Assembly: GCA_017499595.2 (NCBI GenBank)
Contig: CM039005.1
Coordinates: 1,116,001-1,180,000, forward strand
Reading direction: 5' to 3'
Length of the DNA: 64,000 nt
From: Psilocybe cubensis
Lineage: Eukaryota
The notes under the pieces were generated by a model. That model did not search any database and was not told the origin of the DNA. It saw only the letters and a list, made by a program, of their open reading frames with translations. The translations under genes were made by a program, and so were the position numbers. Shown here in pieces: positions 27,774 through 41,696 of the stretch; position 1 is the first letter of the stretch; each line of letters opens with the position of its first letter.

Positions 27774-28723
27774 CGTCGTTGAAAGGCATACAATGTCGAG
27801 TGAACTCCTAAAGGACGCGTTTATAAGCCCACAATCCATCCGTAAGATAGGAGCCGTTCATCACTCGGAGGCATACAAAGAGCACAAGGTAATCAACCTG
27901 CAATAGAATTTAGTGCGTGCATCGAAGGTCGTAACATGCGGTTCACTGTCTCTCGCAACATAGCAGCATTGGATGACTGAAATCGATTTACGTGTTGGAA
28001 ACAACGCGTTCAACTAGAGTGAAGTTGACGAAGATGACTTCTAAGTCAAAGGGTGCCGGTGGGAGATCCAATAAACCAGCTGTCTTATTGACTAACATGA
28101 ACTAAATCCCAATATGAGGCTGCCGACTTCCTTGCTGGATATGGCATTCTACGAGAGTCTACGTCGCTTTCGGATGTTTGTTATCAATGGAGCAAGATGA
28201 CAAGTCATCTGAGTTGTTGTAATCAGATTTTCAACCACAGAATTGACTAGTAGAATCCAAGGAAGCATAGTTCTTGGTCTTGGCATCGAGGCTCCTTGTG
28301 GGGCCATTGTTGGGCCATTGAGGTGGTTGTAGTTGTGGTTGTTAAGAAAGGAAAACATACACACATCCGCTCGCGGGAAATTGAAAAATGACAAGTCGTG
28401 GGAAAGTAATCTTATCTTATCTATCTTTGGTTGTCGCCTTGTCCACACAAACAACCACCAACGAACACTCGAGACGTTGTTAACTTGTTTCAGCTTGTCA
28501 AGATTCAATCATTTCAATGCCTACATAACCATCCTCTGATACCTCGTTTCCTGAATATTATATATACCGATCACGCTTAGAAAAACTCCCTCAAAGTTGT
28601 TGTGCTTCAAGGAGTCGTTTAAAGTATCAATCTTACCATCGCAAAAACACGATATCTCAAGAATAACAACACTACTTTGCTATAGGCCGGTATATCACAT
28701 CTCGGCCTCGACGTCCACTCGCA

Positions 28724-30044
28724 ATGGACTTAAACTTTGTAGCTGCCCCCATGGTCAATCAATCAGACCTTCCTTTCCGGGTGCTTGTTCGTCGATATGG
28801 TGCCACTGCTGCTTATACCCAGATGTATATTCCCGAGAGAATACTATCTGATAAGGATTACCTGGAATACCATATCCGCGATCTTTGCATGGGTAACGAT
28901 AATGAACTGACGAGACCAGTTATTGCCCAGTTATGTGGGAATGACCCTGAGATTGTCGTTCAAGCTGGACGCAGATTACAACCCTACTGCGATGCTATTG
29001 GTAAGAGGCGTAGTCTCATTCAGCTACACGTTTGCTCATATGATGTTGAGAAAACAGATTTGAATCTTGGATGCCCTCAAGAAGCGGCAAAAGAAGGTCA
29101 TTTCGGAGCGTATCTATTGGGACAAAAAGATTGGCCACTCGTGAACGACATCGGTACGAAATGCGTACCCAAAAATAATGCAGTCCAATTAATCGAAGTC
29201 TTAATTCATAGTGTCCGCAATGTCGCACTCTTTCACTGTGCCAGTTTCCGCCAAGTTTCGGCTATGTCAACCGTCATCCAAAACGGTTGAATTGGCGCAG
29301 CAACTCGAAGCATCGGGTGCAGCATGGGTGACTTTGCACGCACGTACTGTCTCTGCCCGCAGAAGACGCCAGGGTGCAGCCGATCTGAACGAGGTAAAGC
29401 GACTCAAGGAAAATCTTCGGATACCTGTCATAAGCAATGGAAACGTCCGTGGTTTTGACGATTTACAGAAAAATTTGAACATTACCAGTGCCGATGGTCT
29501 AATGGTAGGCGAGACTTTGCTTGGAAATCCATGGTGAGATTTACATTTGTTTACTTCATGTAGGTCACTTTATTGAGAAATCCCTAGCCTCTTCTCGGGG
29601 ATTGTGCCAGACCCAATTGATATCTCTTTGGAATACTTGGATATCTGCAGGGAATACCCTGGGACGACATTGGTAACCATACAAACCCATATACGGCACT
29701 TTGTGGAATTCCAATGGTAGGTATCATCTGGGGTCAAAATCTCTGTTATTAAATTACCCAATCAAAACCCTGACATTCTTCCCCAATATTCTAGTGGTCG
29801 ACGGCCATGGTTTCCGAAGTTCAGATCTGCTTTGTCGTCCACGAATTCTTTAGATGCCATCGAATCTTTGCTAGCGTTCAAAATAGAAAGATGGCGTGGA
29901 CGACCCCCGAGAAAGACGCGCTCCCTTGAGTACCCAATCGACTCAACCGAGGATGTGGAAGATCCGGAAGAAAAAGAAGACTTGGACGATGTTCTTGGAC
30001 TGGAAATTTTCAAAGAAAGTTCTGGCCTAACTGCTGGATACTAA
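28724..30044 (+). CDS. tRNA-dihydrouridine synthase (DUS-family FMN oxidoreductase), multi-exon; the true start may be slightly upstream
   Basis: Motifs: VAAPMV, YTQM, RPVIAQLCGNDP, DLNLGCPQ (catalytic Cys), VTLHART, VISNGNV, DGLMVGETLLGNP. Confidence 0.9.
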
Positions 30045-30428
30045 CTAGCTCATCATTTTCATAGAAAAGTTAATCTGGTTCTGGTTACAACGTAAATACT
30101 GTCGCGGCTTGCTGGGCCGCTACTTGCTCTTCGATTTCGATCAGATTCTAGAGAATGAAACAAGTTCTCACCATCGCTTACTACACACGCAACATTCACG
30201 ACATTCAACAAGTGCCCCAATTCTAAAGTTACAAACTTATGAACATCGGTATCATGTTTGTTTTCCGCCGGAAATGTGTCGTTCTGAATTGCATGTAGGT
30301 TAAAACGATTCCATGAGTGTACTAGTATTTTTCACGTCAAAGACACCTTCGATGTCTTTAAATTAGAAAATAAATGTTAGAGTAAAGAAAGCAACTGGTT
30401 ACAACTCCATCCACTCATCTGGAGTGTA

Positions 30429-32938
30429 TTACATCATCAAGACATCCACTTTTTTGAGTTTCCCGGCGTCGCCACGCTAAAATGAAGCCACATGGTTAGC
30501 ATACGCTAGCTCGAACAAGAGAAAATCATAAGGTCACACCTTCAACAAGAGCAATCTACAGTCATCCATCATAACATCCGTCACCTCAAATGCCTCTTCG
30601 CTTACCACCTCCATGTATGGTAGCGAGCTGACTATGTCTTGCTTGAACACCCCTTTTACAGGAGTGGTTGAGGGTTCGACTACAAGACGAGGAACTCGCC
30701 AGCGTGTCTTCTCTTCTGCTTTCTGTTTCCCTTTCCCATCAGTAACTCGGAAAGTCATGGGATCCGCTGCCTTGGGAAAGGAATAGGGATTGAAGTCGCG
30801 TATCCGCAAGTATTTCAGTTTTTCTTTTGGCTGGCCCCCCTCAGGAGAATCAACGTTATTCTGATGTTGAAGACTAGTCGTGCCATTCGACACCCCACTT
30901 TGCATAGCGTGACTATGATGCGAATTTGGGCTTGAACTGGCACTAGATGACGCAGACAACGTCGGCGTAGTTTGTGTCGCCACAGATACGTAATTGTTAG
31001 CTGACACGAGCGATATTCTCGTCTGCTGTGAGTTCTTTTCAGGATCAATGCTTTCTACTGTTCGAAGGCCGTAAACAGCATGCTGCCAATCGGTGCTTAT
31101 GCATTCCTCGAACCAACGCGTGCCGTGCGGCCCCCAAGTTTCCCATGGAAAAATTGCCACTGTTGTAGGTGACGCATCAGGTGAGCCGGACCGACGAGTT
31201 TCGTAGCGAATTGCAGGTGGTAGTGGTGGTTGCGTACGGTCGGAGCTTTTGGAAGACGGGGTACTAGGCCATGCATTGAGAGGGTCAAACTTTGGGAACG
31301 GTGGGTATTGCGGTATATGAGAGCTATCAATAGGCGTAGGGAGTCGCGAGCTAAGAGAGAGAAACAGTGATTGACGCATTAGTTCATCGTCCATTCCCTC
31401 TGTTGTCGGGTCTGATCTGGGAGAGGATGGTCCGTTGGCAGCCGTACTTGAACCAGGACTTCTAACACTGGGTTCACTGCCAACACCGTTCAATGTATCT
31501 GCAGGCCGCTTTGCTGTTGCCACAGGTGATGGATAACGGGGAAATAACCGAGGAGGGGTAGGTATTTTGGCCAAAGCAGGGAGTTGATCGATGAACATCC
31601 GCAAGTTCACGAAAAACACGAAAGAATGAACTTGATGCGCTTCTTCTCTCGATGGGTTGAAAATATAAAGGCAGCAGGCATGTATGCGTTCGTCGGGACG
31701 AGGGTAATATATCTGTTTTCCGTGACCTGGTATGGTCGACTTGCTGGGTGTATCGGATGGGCTATACGGTACGTAACCAGGAGCGGGATTGCTGCTCATG
31801 GAGATATACCAATACATATATCCTTCGGACAAGGGCGGAAATAGGTATGCTGCGCGCAAGATAGGGCTCGTGGTACTTGATGAGTTATGTCTGAAGGTGT
31901 ATACTTCAAATTGACCGGGCGGTAGGACAAGGAGAAATGAATCACGGGTTAAAAAAGTGAAGTCGTCGATCCCATCTGACCGACCCATGGAACACTAGTG
32001 CGGAAAGTAATTAATGTCAGGGCAGGAAAAAAATGATATGGACAGACTGAATAATGAGGATTGCTCTCCCAATCCCATATCTCCAGGTGTGCACTATCGC
32101 CCTCAAAAGACTCTTTAATCAAAAGGGCAAGTAGGTTCCCCGCGACTTGTACGCGGACGGCGGCGATGACGTCGGATGTTTGAGTATGAGTAGAGGGTTT
32201 GCGTAAACATGATAAAACGGAAACCGGAGCTTTAGGATGAGGTTGATTGGTTTTTATTGAGCGTAGGTGGAGTTCATAGAGATACTTTGATCTGCGATAC
32301 GTAAGCAACATGTTTTATTTTAAAACGAGGTCAAACTCACTCTGAAGGTGCTAGTGCCACAAGGACGAGGAGGTCCTGAGAAGGGTCCATTGTAAAGTCG
32401 ACAATAGTTATATCTCCCATTGGATGTGTCCACATTTGCAGTTCGTCCGGTGATTTATTCATTCCTGTGATGTCTGCAGTTGGAAGCTCCAGGAAAGATA
32501 TGGACGCCGTCGTCCGACTGTCATCCTCTCTTCCGTTCCCATACAACCCTCCTACAAACTCGTAGATAGATCCAGTGGGTGGAAGCTTCAATGTATATTT
32601 TTTCTTCCAGTTCATATATTTCCAAGCTCTTTCGCGATCCCTAAGCAAGCTTAAACGGGTGGAAAAGGAGGGTCCAACAGAGGCCGGAAGCAATGGTACC
32701 ATACGGTATCTTCCCAGCTCGATTGCATATTGTAGCTGAGAGGAGTTTGCAATAATCCTTCGAAGGTGTTTCGTGACCTGTGCATGGCCGGTTAATTAAA
32801 AAGCAGGAGACCAAGCCGTCAATTCCTCACCTGAGAGCATGCAAGAAGATCATGCATTTCCAAACAGCTAAAAATGTGGCATGTAATCTCGATAGGCAGA
32901 TTTTGCAAGTTGACTGGAGACATCAGATAGTGGGGCAT
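30429..32938 (-). CDS. F-box domain protein of a type expanded in agarics, multi-exon
   Basis: N-terminal F-box LQNLPIEITCHIFSCLEMHDLLACSQV|TKHLRRII. Family-typical segments DFTMDPSQDLLVLV, PWETWGPHGTRW, LRIRDFNPY, SSLPYMEV, VMMDDCRLLLL. Last exon RGDAGKLKKVDVLMM-stop. Confidence 0.85.
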
Positions 32939-33301
32939 GTTGTTAGAACGCCAATGTTGACGAAGGCCTATTGTGCCAGGTTGAAGGTGGTCAGGACAAT
33001 GGTAATGAGGGCGTTCGAAACCACTCAACTAGCTATCCTTGAGCGACGAGCCAAAGTAGCGATACAATTGAAATGTGGGAAGAAATTTTGAACCTGTAGT
33101 CGATTTCAGGATCGTTCAATTTTGGTGGAAGTGGTGGATACCAAGGTAAAGGCGAGAGACACGGCCAGAGATTAACTTCAGTGACGCACGTGACCATGCC
33201 CGACACGGTGGTCCAGGTCCGCTCATCTTCATTCAGGGAGGCCAATTGACCATTGAACCACGTTTGCAATATCGTTCCACCGTTAAGCGCCATATTGAGG
33301 A
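32939..33301. promoter_or_regulatory. Short bidirectional promoter between the F-box and golgin genes
   Basis: About 360 bp between divergent start codons. Contains GTGACGCACGTGAC (TGACG plus a CACGTG E-box) at 33181-33194. Confidence 0.5.
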
Positions 33302-35103
33302 ATGGCGAACCTCCATAGATCATCTGGCTCCTACTCTGGCTCTGTGAATAATCTCGTGAAGGATTCCAGGTCCTCCATTGACAGCGAACGCAGCGTGGAT
33401 GTAGATGTGTCCCCTCCACATACCAATGGCGTCCATGAGCAGAGCAACGGAGTGGTTGATCATGTTGAAGACTCGAGTGACCCCATAGAGCGACTTCAAC
33501 GGGAACTTGATCGAACGAAGGAGGAGAAAGAGAAGCTGGCAACACAATACCGCAATCTGTTGGCCAAATTAACGCAAATGCGTACAACTTTGGGCAATAA
33601 GTTGCAACAAGACGCCGTAAGTGGTGTACACTCTAACCCGTCCGCAATTTAATACCGATCCTGTATATCATAGGAAGAGTTGGACCGACGAGAACAACTT
33701 GTACAGCAACTGACGGCAGAAAAGGAGGATCTCACTGCAACAGTGGAAACCTTGAAGCAAGAGCTATTGGTATCTCATGAGGAGGTTGAGCGTGCCTCCA
33801 GCAAGCTCGATGCCATGCGCACGCGCGTTCTACAAGAAAATGCTCAGGAGAGCATCCAACGGGAAAAGGAGCTACGTGACACTCAATTGGAATTGGAACA
33901 ATGTAGGATGGAACGCGACGAATGGGAGCGATCGGCTCTGCAAGCACAAGCAATATCTGAAGATGCGCGTTCTACAGTGGAGGCTCTTAGACGAGAGTTG
34001 GAGCTGGAGACGGCGGCCAGAGCTAGAGATATGGCAGAATTGGAAAGAGAGCGAGAAAAAGCCGACAATCTGCAGTCTGTGCTTCAAGATTTCCAGTCAG
34101 GTATACAGCCGCTGCCTTCATCAAGTTTGTCTATTTTTCTGAAATGATGTCAAACAGTCAAGGATCATGAACTGCGGGAAGCAGTGAAAGATTACGAATC
34201 ACAGCTTCTTCAGACCACCCAATCCCTTGCAGAGTTCAAGCATCGAGCACTTAATGCTGAAGTGAGCTTTCTTCCTTGCCTTTCTAACTTAATTCTACAT
34301 TAAATCTGTTTTGGCAGCTTCAACTAGAAGAATCTCATGCCAACATAACTCGTACCCAGGAACTGGAGAAGGAGGTGAAAGAGAAGAAGTTGCAGATAGA
34401 CAAACTACGGCACGAAGGTCAGAATATCTACATGTTTTTTTCCTAATATATCTGACGGCTGCTTCAGCTGTCATCATCAATGAGCATTTGATGGAAGCAC
34501 TTCGGCGGCTCAGACGAAATTCCACAGAAATGAATGTTGACAGACGTCTGGTCACAAATGTCCTGTTGTCCTTCCTTTCAACACCCAGAGCAGACAGCAA
34601 AAGATTCGAGATGCTGTCTCTACTGGCCTCCATTCTGTCGTGGAACGATCAAGAACGAGAAAAAGCAGGCCTTCAACGAATTCATCCGTCTGAGGGGTCT
34701 CAGCCGTCATCGTTCTGGGGCCGCTCCTCGAATGTAACCTCCCCAAGTCGTGCCAATCCTGAGCTAGAGAAATCGGATGAAACCGAGGTGAGTCATACTC
34801 ATACGGAATATAATCACAAATTTGACCTGATATCACGACTCTTTCCAGTCTTTTTCCAGGCTTTGGGTAGAATTTCTTCTCACAGAAGCCGCTGCAGGGG
34901 AATCTCCAACGCAACCCACTCCATCTCAACCACGCTCCAGCATGACATCAATACCCGCAAGTCCACCAGGATACCCTCACCCAGGACCTCCAAGGAGGCT
35001 ATCTTCATTAAGTTCAGCAGGTGCCGCCAGCTCACCAAATCTCCTTGGTCCACTTCCATCAAGAAAAGGAAAAGAAAAAGAAAGAGTGGCATCGGAGTCA
35101 TGA
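33302..35103 (+). CDS. RUD3: Golgin, Rud3/GMAP-210-like coiled-coil protein with GRAB domain
   Basis: Long coiled coil, then a GRAB-like segment VDRRLVTNVLLSFLSTPRADSKRFEMLSLLASILSWNDQEREKAGL and a GA1-like motif SFSRLWVEFLLTEA. Stop TGA at 35101-35103. Confidence 0.8.
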
Positions 35104-35820
35104 CATCGCACCATGGTTTTCTTGTCGTATTTATTGTGAGCGCCATATTTTTACAATCATTTTATCTTTGGCCTCGACGTCTGATAATCAATTCGAGTAC
35201 GTTAGGTTGGATGAGTTTTTTCAATTCATTTGTTGCATCCGCTGTTTTACTCCACTGCATTTTTTCTTTTTTATTGGAAGTTTTGTACAACATAATATAT
35301 CACCCATTTTATCATCAGTTAGAGTTTGTCCTTCGCCTTACGGACAATTTTCAACTTGACCTTTGTGCAGGTCTATATGGTCATGATTGCCATAGCAGTC
35401 GATGTCGATCACTTCAAAAAACGCGGCAGAATACACTGAATTTAAATCGACGCGGGCTCATTTAGCCTAACAATAATCGCGGGCATTGTTTAATTATGTA
35501 CCAAGGGCACCTGATTTGATGTTCATGGTGGGGTTTTCGCTTATAGATGTTCTTATGGATCCGGACACTAAATCTCCATCTTACAGGAATATGAGACACC
35601 GCGCCCGATGAGACTCAAAGTCAGACTATGTGTACGAATCTTAGCAGAAGTATTAAAGGAGGTACGTGTTTTATAATCAAAGCCTATATGCTCTCTTCTT
35701 CATTTTGCCTTTAGGGGTGGGATACTGCGTCAACGTTATGAAGCCAATAACGAGGTCAACCACGAGATTGAGCAGCATGGTCTGCTATGGCAATTATGGC
35801 AACCTCTCTTTTTGGTTTAC

Positions 35821-35910
35821 CGTTTGTCAATGTATCGATGGGATGACTGCCGTTTGTCAATGTATCGATGGGATGACTGCCGTTTGTCAATGTATCGATG
35901 GGATGACTGC
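35821..35910. repeat. Perfect 30-bp minisatellite, 3 copies
   Basis: cgtttgtcaatgtatcgatgggatgactgc repeated three times head to tail. Confidence 0.95.
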
Positions 35911-36589
35911 TCCTCTTTTGTTAGATCCATCATCCATCTCTGTCCCGAAGCCGGCTGAAGAGGCCAGTTTAAGAAGTAGCCAAGCTAGATCCAATGTTTA
36001 GAACGACCTCTGAATGATTTAGAATGATTTTCTTCAACGGAGCTTCAAATTTCCCTATGAATTACCCAAGATGGTTCAAGCTGCCGTTTCAAGTTTTTAC
36101 AAGTCTTTAAATTTCTATCCCCTGTCGGATGCTACAGATCGCAATGAGCGGGAATCTTCGTTGCTAATGTTTCGTCTCTGGGTGGTACGTAAATCCAGCC
36201 GATTAATCTTTGGACGTCCTGTGCCATTTTTTGGTTTTTACTTTGTCCTCATAGGATTAAATCGTACTGGGAAGTTGGAACAATGGCCTGGCAGTCAATC
36301 ATTTGAGCTTGTTATCCTCAAGTTATCCTAGCGGAATTGAGTAGTTTGACTATCAATTTTTTGCTCTCACTTCAAGTCCACGATCAGTGTCCTATGTTTA
36401 GGGGTCCAGGGGCTCATGGTATTTACGGTTTATTCGGCTCGTGTATCCGTTTTAACTTCTGACATACTTCATGTCGACACGCAAGGAGTCACTCCTCGCG
36501 GCGACAATGCAACCCGTGCACATATTGCATTTAAATACCACAAGGCTGAAGGTGCTCTTCCTCTCCCATATCATCGCTGTACTACTCGT

Positions 36590-38752
36590 ATGGAGCCTTT
36601 CGTCGTCATCATACCCCTATCTTTGGTGTTCCTGTGGTTTATCAAACTGTTGGTGGAACATCATAGCTACTGTACTACACGGCTACCGTACCCGCCTGGA
36701 CCAAAAACAAAGCCATTTATTGGGAATCTGCTCGATCTTCCCTTCACGCCTGCAAAAATGAAGGAGTGGAGTAAGAAATACAACAGTCAGTCGATACATT
36801 GGGTCAATTCTTTTCTACCTTGCTTATTGCTCACGGCACCACTAGCCCCTATCATTTACCTTGAAGTTTTAGGAACTCGAATGATCGTCGTTAATAGGCG
36901 GAAGGAAGCAGAAGATCTTTTTGAAAGTCCCACAAGAGCGAAAGTGTACGCTGATAGGCCTTATTTTCCTGTTGTCCCGCTGTGAGTCAGTATAGTATGC
37001 CAAAGTGTGATTTATATCTCATCGAGATCCATGACAGAATGGATTGCGAATATAATGTGTCGATCATGCCTTACGGAGAAGGTTGGAGGCAGCACAGAAA
37101 AATTTGCCAAAACTATTTTAATAGACACGCGGCTCAAGAGTACGAGCCTGTCCAAACTGCGAAAATTCAACAACTTCTGCGAGGACTATTAGAAAAACCA
37201 GAGGAATTTGAAAAGCACAACAAAATGTACGGGTATTTTTATATCTCATATGAGGCCAACGTGTTTATTGTTTGATTTTATGACAGGTTCTCGGTTTCTC
37301 TCACAATGGCCATGATGTTCGGGTATGATGTGAAGTCTCTCGATGATCCATGCATTTCTGCGGCAGATCGGGCGCTTACAATCGGTGCCCGGGTGAATGG
37401 CCCAGGCGGAAGCATTATTAACGTCATACCAGCATTTCGATATATACCGAAATGGTTTCCCGGCGCCCCATCTTGGAAACAGATTGACGAAGTTCGTAAG
37501 CTAACAGCTGAAATGAAGAGAATACCAATGGAATTCGTAAAAGCCAGCTTTGTGAGTATTGAGAGAAATATGCTCGTTACTTGTATAGCTGAAATAATCA
37601 TAGGACAACGGAACCGTTACGCCCTCCTTGGTAACAAACTTCTATGAACGAAAGTATACGATAGGCGCTTCTATCGAAGAAGAAGAGATTATTAAAAATG
37701 TCGCATACACTGTGTATGGTGGTGAGCATTTCTTCGTGTTTTCTTTGCTCCAGCACATACGGAAATGACTATTCAACAGCTGCATCCGACACCGTAAGTC
37801 ATACTCTTCTCACATAAATTGATATGCTGTTTACTATTGTGTGATGTAGACTATTTCGTCAACAGGAACATTCTTTTATGCAATGGTGGCCAATCCTGAT
37901 GTGCAGAGAAAAGCTCACCATGAAATTGATCAGGTTATTGGGTCCAAACGTCTCCCGACATTGGCGGATCGAGACTCACTACCCTACATTGAGGCTATTT
38001 ATCGAGAGGTAATGCGACTCAATCAACCAATCCCATTTTCTGTACCACATTGCCTATCGGAGGATGATCATTACCAAGGATATTTTATACACAAAGGTAA
38101 GCTGTTATGGAAGACACGATAATCAACGTCTCTAATTTTCTGTCCAATCAACCCCAGGCACGCTAGTTTTTCCAAACTTATGGTAAGAATAGCTGATAAT
38201 TATTAATATGGACATTGACAGTCAGTGCAATTTGAAGGGCGATGGCACACGACGAAGAGGTTTATCCAGAGCCGTTTGCATTCAAGCCAGAAAGATTTTT
38301 TGACCAAGAGGGCAGTCTTAATACAAATGACAGAGTGTTGGCGTACGGTTTCGGACGCCGGTAACTCCTTGGTTTGCCTTACTTTCCGAACAAAATAATC
38401 ACCCTGCCATTACTAGGGCTTGCGTTGGGAAACATGTTGCAAGTTCAACCGTAAGTGCTCTCTACATTGTGTTTAGCAGCCAGTTAAGATATTGACACTA
38501 TTATATCTCAGATGTGGTTGCTGATAGCATCCGTTCTTGCTTGTTACGAGATTGTTCAAGCCAAGGATGAAAATGGCAATGACATCGAAATAGACCACGG
38601 TTTTGAAGAGGAAGGACTGTTGAGGTGAGTACCATACATTTCATCTGCTGCCTTTCCAAATTTAAATAAATTAAAGCCACAAGCGTAAATTCGATTGCTC
38701 ATTTGTTGTTCGGTCCATCGCTGCTCAAAAACTGATTGATGAGACCAATTGA
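36590..38752 (+). CDS. Cytochrome P450, multi-exon, apparently intact
   Basis: N-terminal membrane anchor then PPGPK..PFIGNL. I-helix GAASDTT, K-helix EVMR (ExxR), KPERF, heme motif YGFGRR|ACVG. Stop at 38750-38752. Confidence 0.92.
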
Positions 38753-39760
38753 AGGTATAGTTATCAAAGTGTAGATCACAAAAACATGGTGCCCACACGA
38801 TTTTTGGTTTCAGTTTTGCAGCTCTGCCAACTCTTTTTGAAATTTCGACCTCAATAATCGTCCTAGGGGAACGAACTACTGGAAAATCTTTTACTCAGAC
38901 ATTGTCGATTTTTTATTAACTTCATTTATTATCCATACTTACAATACTACATGCACTTCATGTTGGTAATACGAATTGAATACAAGTACAAGTACTTGTT
39001 TGTGAACGTGATCCCTTCATCGTATTGAAAGCCAGAGAAACCCGGAAGAGTGCCCAGACAACTGCCAAACACTGTCCGGCAGATATGCCGAGTGATGGCA
39101 TGTCTGGTCAATTATAGAACTTCAAGTTTAACACACACAATATCGAGTACCTATTCATCTATAGTCGATGGCACATATAAAATACGGAGTGTTTACAACT
39201 TCAACGTCAGGTATTTTTGGTCCTGTGTCGGAAGAGGTTTGGGATGGGAACGAGGACGTCGCGGAGTTACACGACTATGGCTCGGCATTTCTTCCGGAGG
39301 ATGTTTGGTGTCTACATCTGCCAAAATTAGTCAAACGATTTACGGCATCATGTTCATTTGCAACTCCTTCATTGCTATGGCCTAAATCCCGAGCGAATCC
39401 CCCAGATTTCCCTGTACAATGTTTGAAGAAAGTTCAGGTTCAATATACTACCAAACAACATTATTCTATGAACACACTGTACCCGCCACCGTCCCCATAA
39501 ATTCCAACTCTTAATGCCAAGTCTGACTCTCAATCCTGAAGCGTATAGGGAATCCTCAAATGTCGCTAATTCCCTATGTCGGCGTATTGCATATCTTTGC
39601 TGCGCTAGGAGGTGTTTATACTGTTAGTCCCAACAAATCGACGAGGGCAAAGAATACGCAAATAATTTTTGGACGAGAGTGGGAAAATACCCTAGACGAT
39701 AGCAAGCTGGCGAGTAATACCTATCAACTTTTTTACTATTTGGCTCATTTTTCAGTCTAG

Positions 39761-40700
39761 ATTGGCAATGTCAGTATCATGCTTCTTGCAGGACGTGAAT
39801 CTACTGCTCATGTGCTTGCAGCCACCCTCGGCTTTCTGTCCCTGGACGACGGTTTACAGAAGGAAATATATGACAACGTCGCTTCTGTTGTAGCGTTGGA
39901 CCGTGATCCTGCCGCACTCCACCTTCCATGTTCAATGTCTAAACAGGCCTATGAGCATTATAATACCCTATACAAGGTTTTCATGCATTCTTTGAAGCTA
40001 TGCGCATGTTCCGCGCGTGTCCTCGTGGCTTTCGTCAACCCCATCATAGTACCCCCCTGAACAAATATTGATCTCAGCAGCCGCATTTGTCGGAATTCGA
40101 GGAGCATTTGAGGATACCATGATGCAGATTCCAGACCCAAGAGGGCCTGCAGATACGATGGTTTCCGGTTCCAAAAGGAACAGAGGTATGTTTTTCTCAA
40201 CTCTTTCTCGGTCAGTATCTGAGTCTTCATATTCGTCTTTACCTCAGGTTTACATAGCCTTCATTGGTATGCGTAAGTGGTGATTACAGTATTTGATTCT
40301 GATGCTCCAAAAGCGTATCAATCGCAATGACATTGCTTCCAGAATACAGCCCAAGGTATTTGAACAACCATTCGAATACAGGCCTTCTCGTTGGAATGGA
40401 ACTACAATTGAATCCAAGGCGGTCTCTGCGTTCAGTCTCGGTCAGGGCCATTGATCCATATTATGCTATAGCTTTTTCTTAATCTATCGAATAGGTCCAC
40501 GTACCTGTATTGGACGTAAATTTGCAACTACTGAGGCCTTATGCTTCCTCCTGCTTCCTCACAATGTTACTCTGCAATTTTAAAGTCGGGCCTCTTCTGC
40601 AGCCTGGAGAAACAAAACAGGCGTGGAGAAGACGAGTCATGGATGGCACTACAGTATCTCTTTGTGCTTGGGGTGAACCCTATTTGAGTGAAGTTTATCC
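39761..40700 (+). pseudogene. Cytochrome P450 pseudogene (3' half, frameshifted)
   Basis: LLAGRESTAH (altered I-helix). The ExxR motif EAMR lies out of frame with the preceding YNTLYKV. A 1-nt deletion precedes FEYRPSRW. Heme motif AFSLG|PRTCIGRKFATTEA. A short duplication tgcttcctcctgcttcctc follows. No intact N-terminal half was found. Confidence 0.82.
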
Positions 40701-41696
40701 GTAGGGTACATGCATGAAAATGCTGCACCCCGGTGTTTACGACTCTCAAATGAAGTCTCTCGGAGTTTGAAGCAGAAGCTTTTTGAAGTTCAACCGTGCT
40801 GCGTCCGAACTGCGTCGAGCCAGGTCGGGCCCTCGCGTGTCATAGCTGGATTACTGACTTGGTGGCCCCAACTTCGATGTATTTCATGCAGTTTCCGGTA
40901 TGTAACTGCTCAACGCACATAAATGAGTTAAGCAAGAGGAAAAAAGGAGATTTAAGAACCGGTCTGTTACGTGCGCACGTGCCGGTCAATTCTCAAAGCA
41001 ATCGCATTCTCTCGGCCACACGCCTGAACGGTGAGTACTGAGTACTCAGTGCTCGAGTCGCGAAGGCTAACCATTTGGCACCTTGACGCCTTCCAGACTT
41101 GAAGTAGAAAATTTTCAAAAAAAAAAAAAAATAATACTCGGATTCTGCCGGACAGACAACTTGGCAGCTTTACCCACTCCTAGCATGATCGGTAAACCCC
41201 TTCATTGCCTTTTCAGCCTCACCAAATTCATCAACCGGGTCCTAAACCCAACCTAAACCTCTTTCCGTTGAAATTCCGACTCTTTATATTTGTCGACCTA
41301 GAACGTTCAGCGCAGTAAACAAATGGTACTTATGTTTCCGTTTTAACCTCAAGCTGGCTATTAAAGTTGCTGACAGCCTGAATGTGTCCATCATCATCTT
41401 ACTAGTGGGCATGTGAAGTTTGAGGCGTGTTTTACTCATGGCAACTCAATGGAAAATATCTATCACACATTCCGATCCTGCGGAAATGACTATAGATTGA
41501 TGCTTTTCGTTTGTCATGTTGAAAAGGCCCCCTACTGTGACTGACTGGATGCACAGCCTGTGCATTGCCACCAACTATCGAAACTCTCACACATTAAGAG
41601 AGCGGTCCGGGAGGAAACCATTAGGGTTCCTATTCGTTTCTTTCTCGCTTCCACACTCCCCAAGGATACCCTCTCACTTAGCCATATTTCCCTTAA

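Noticed and set aside
35821-35910. CRISPR-like 30-bp repeats
   Set aside because: No spacers, no cas genes, and a eukaryotic context. It is a minisatellite.
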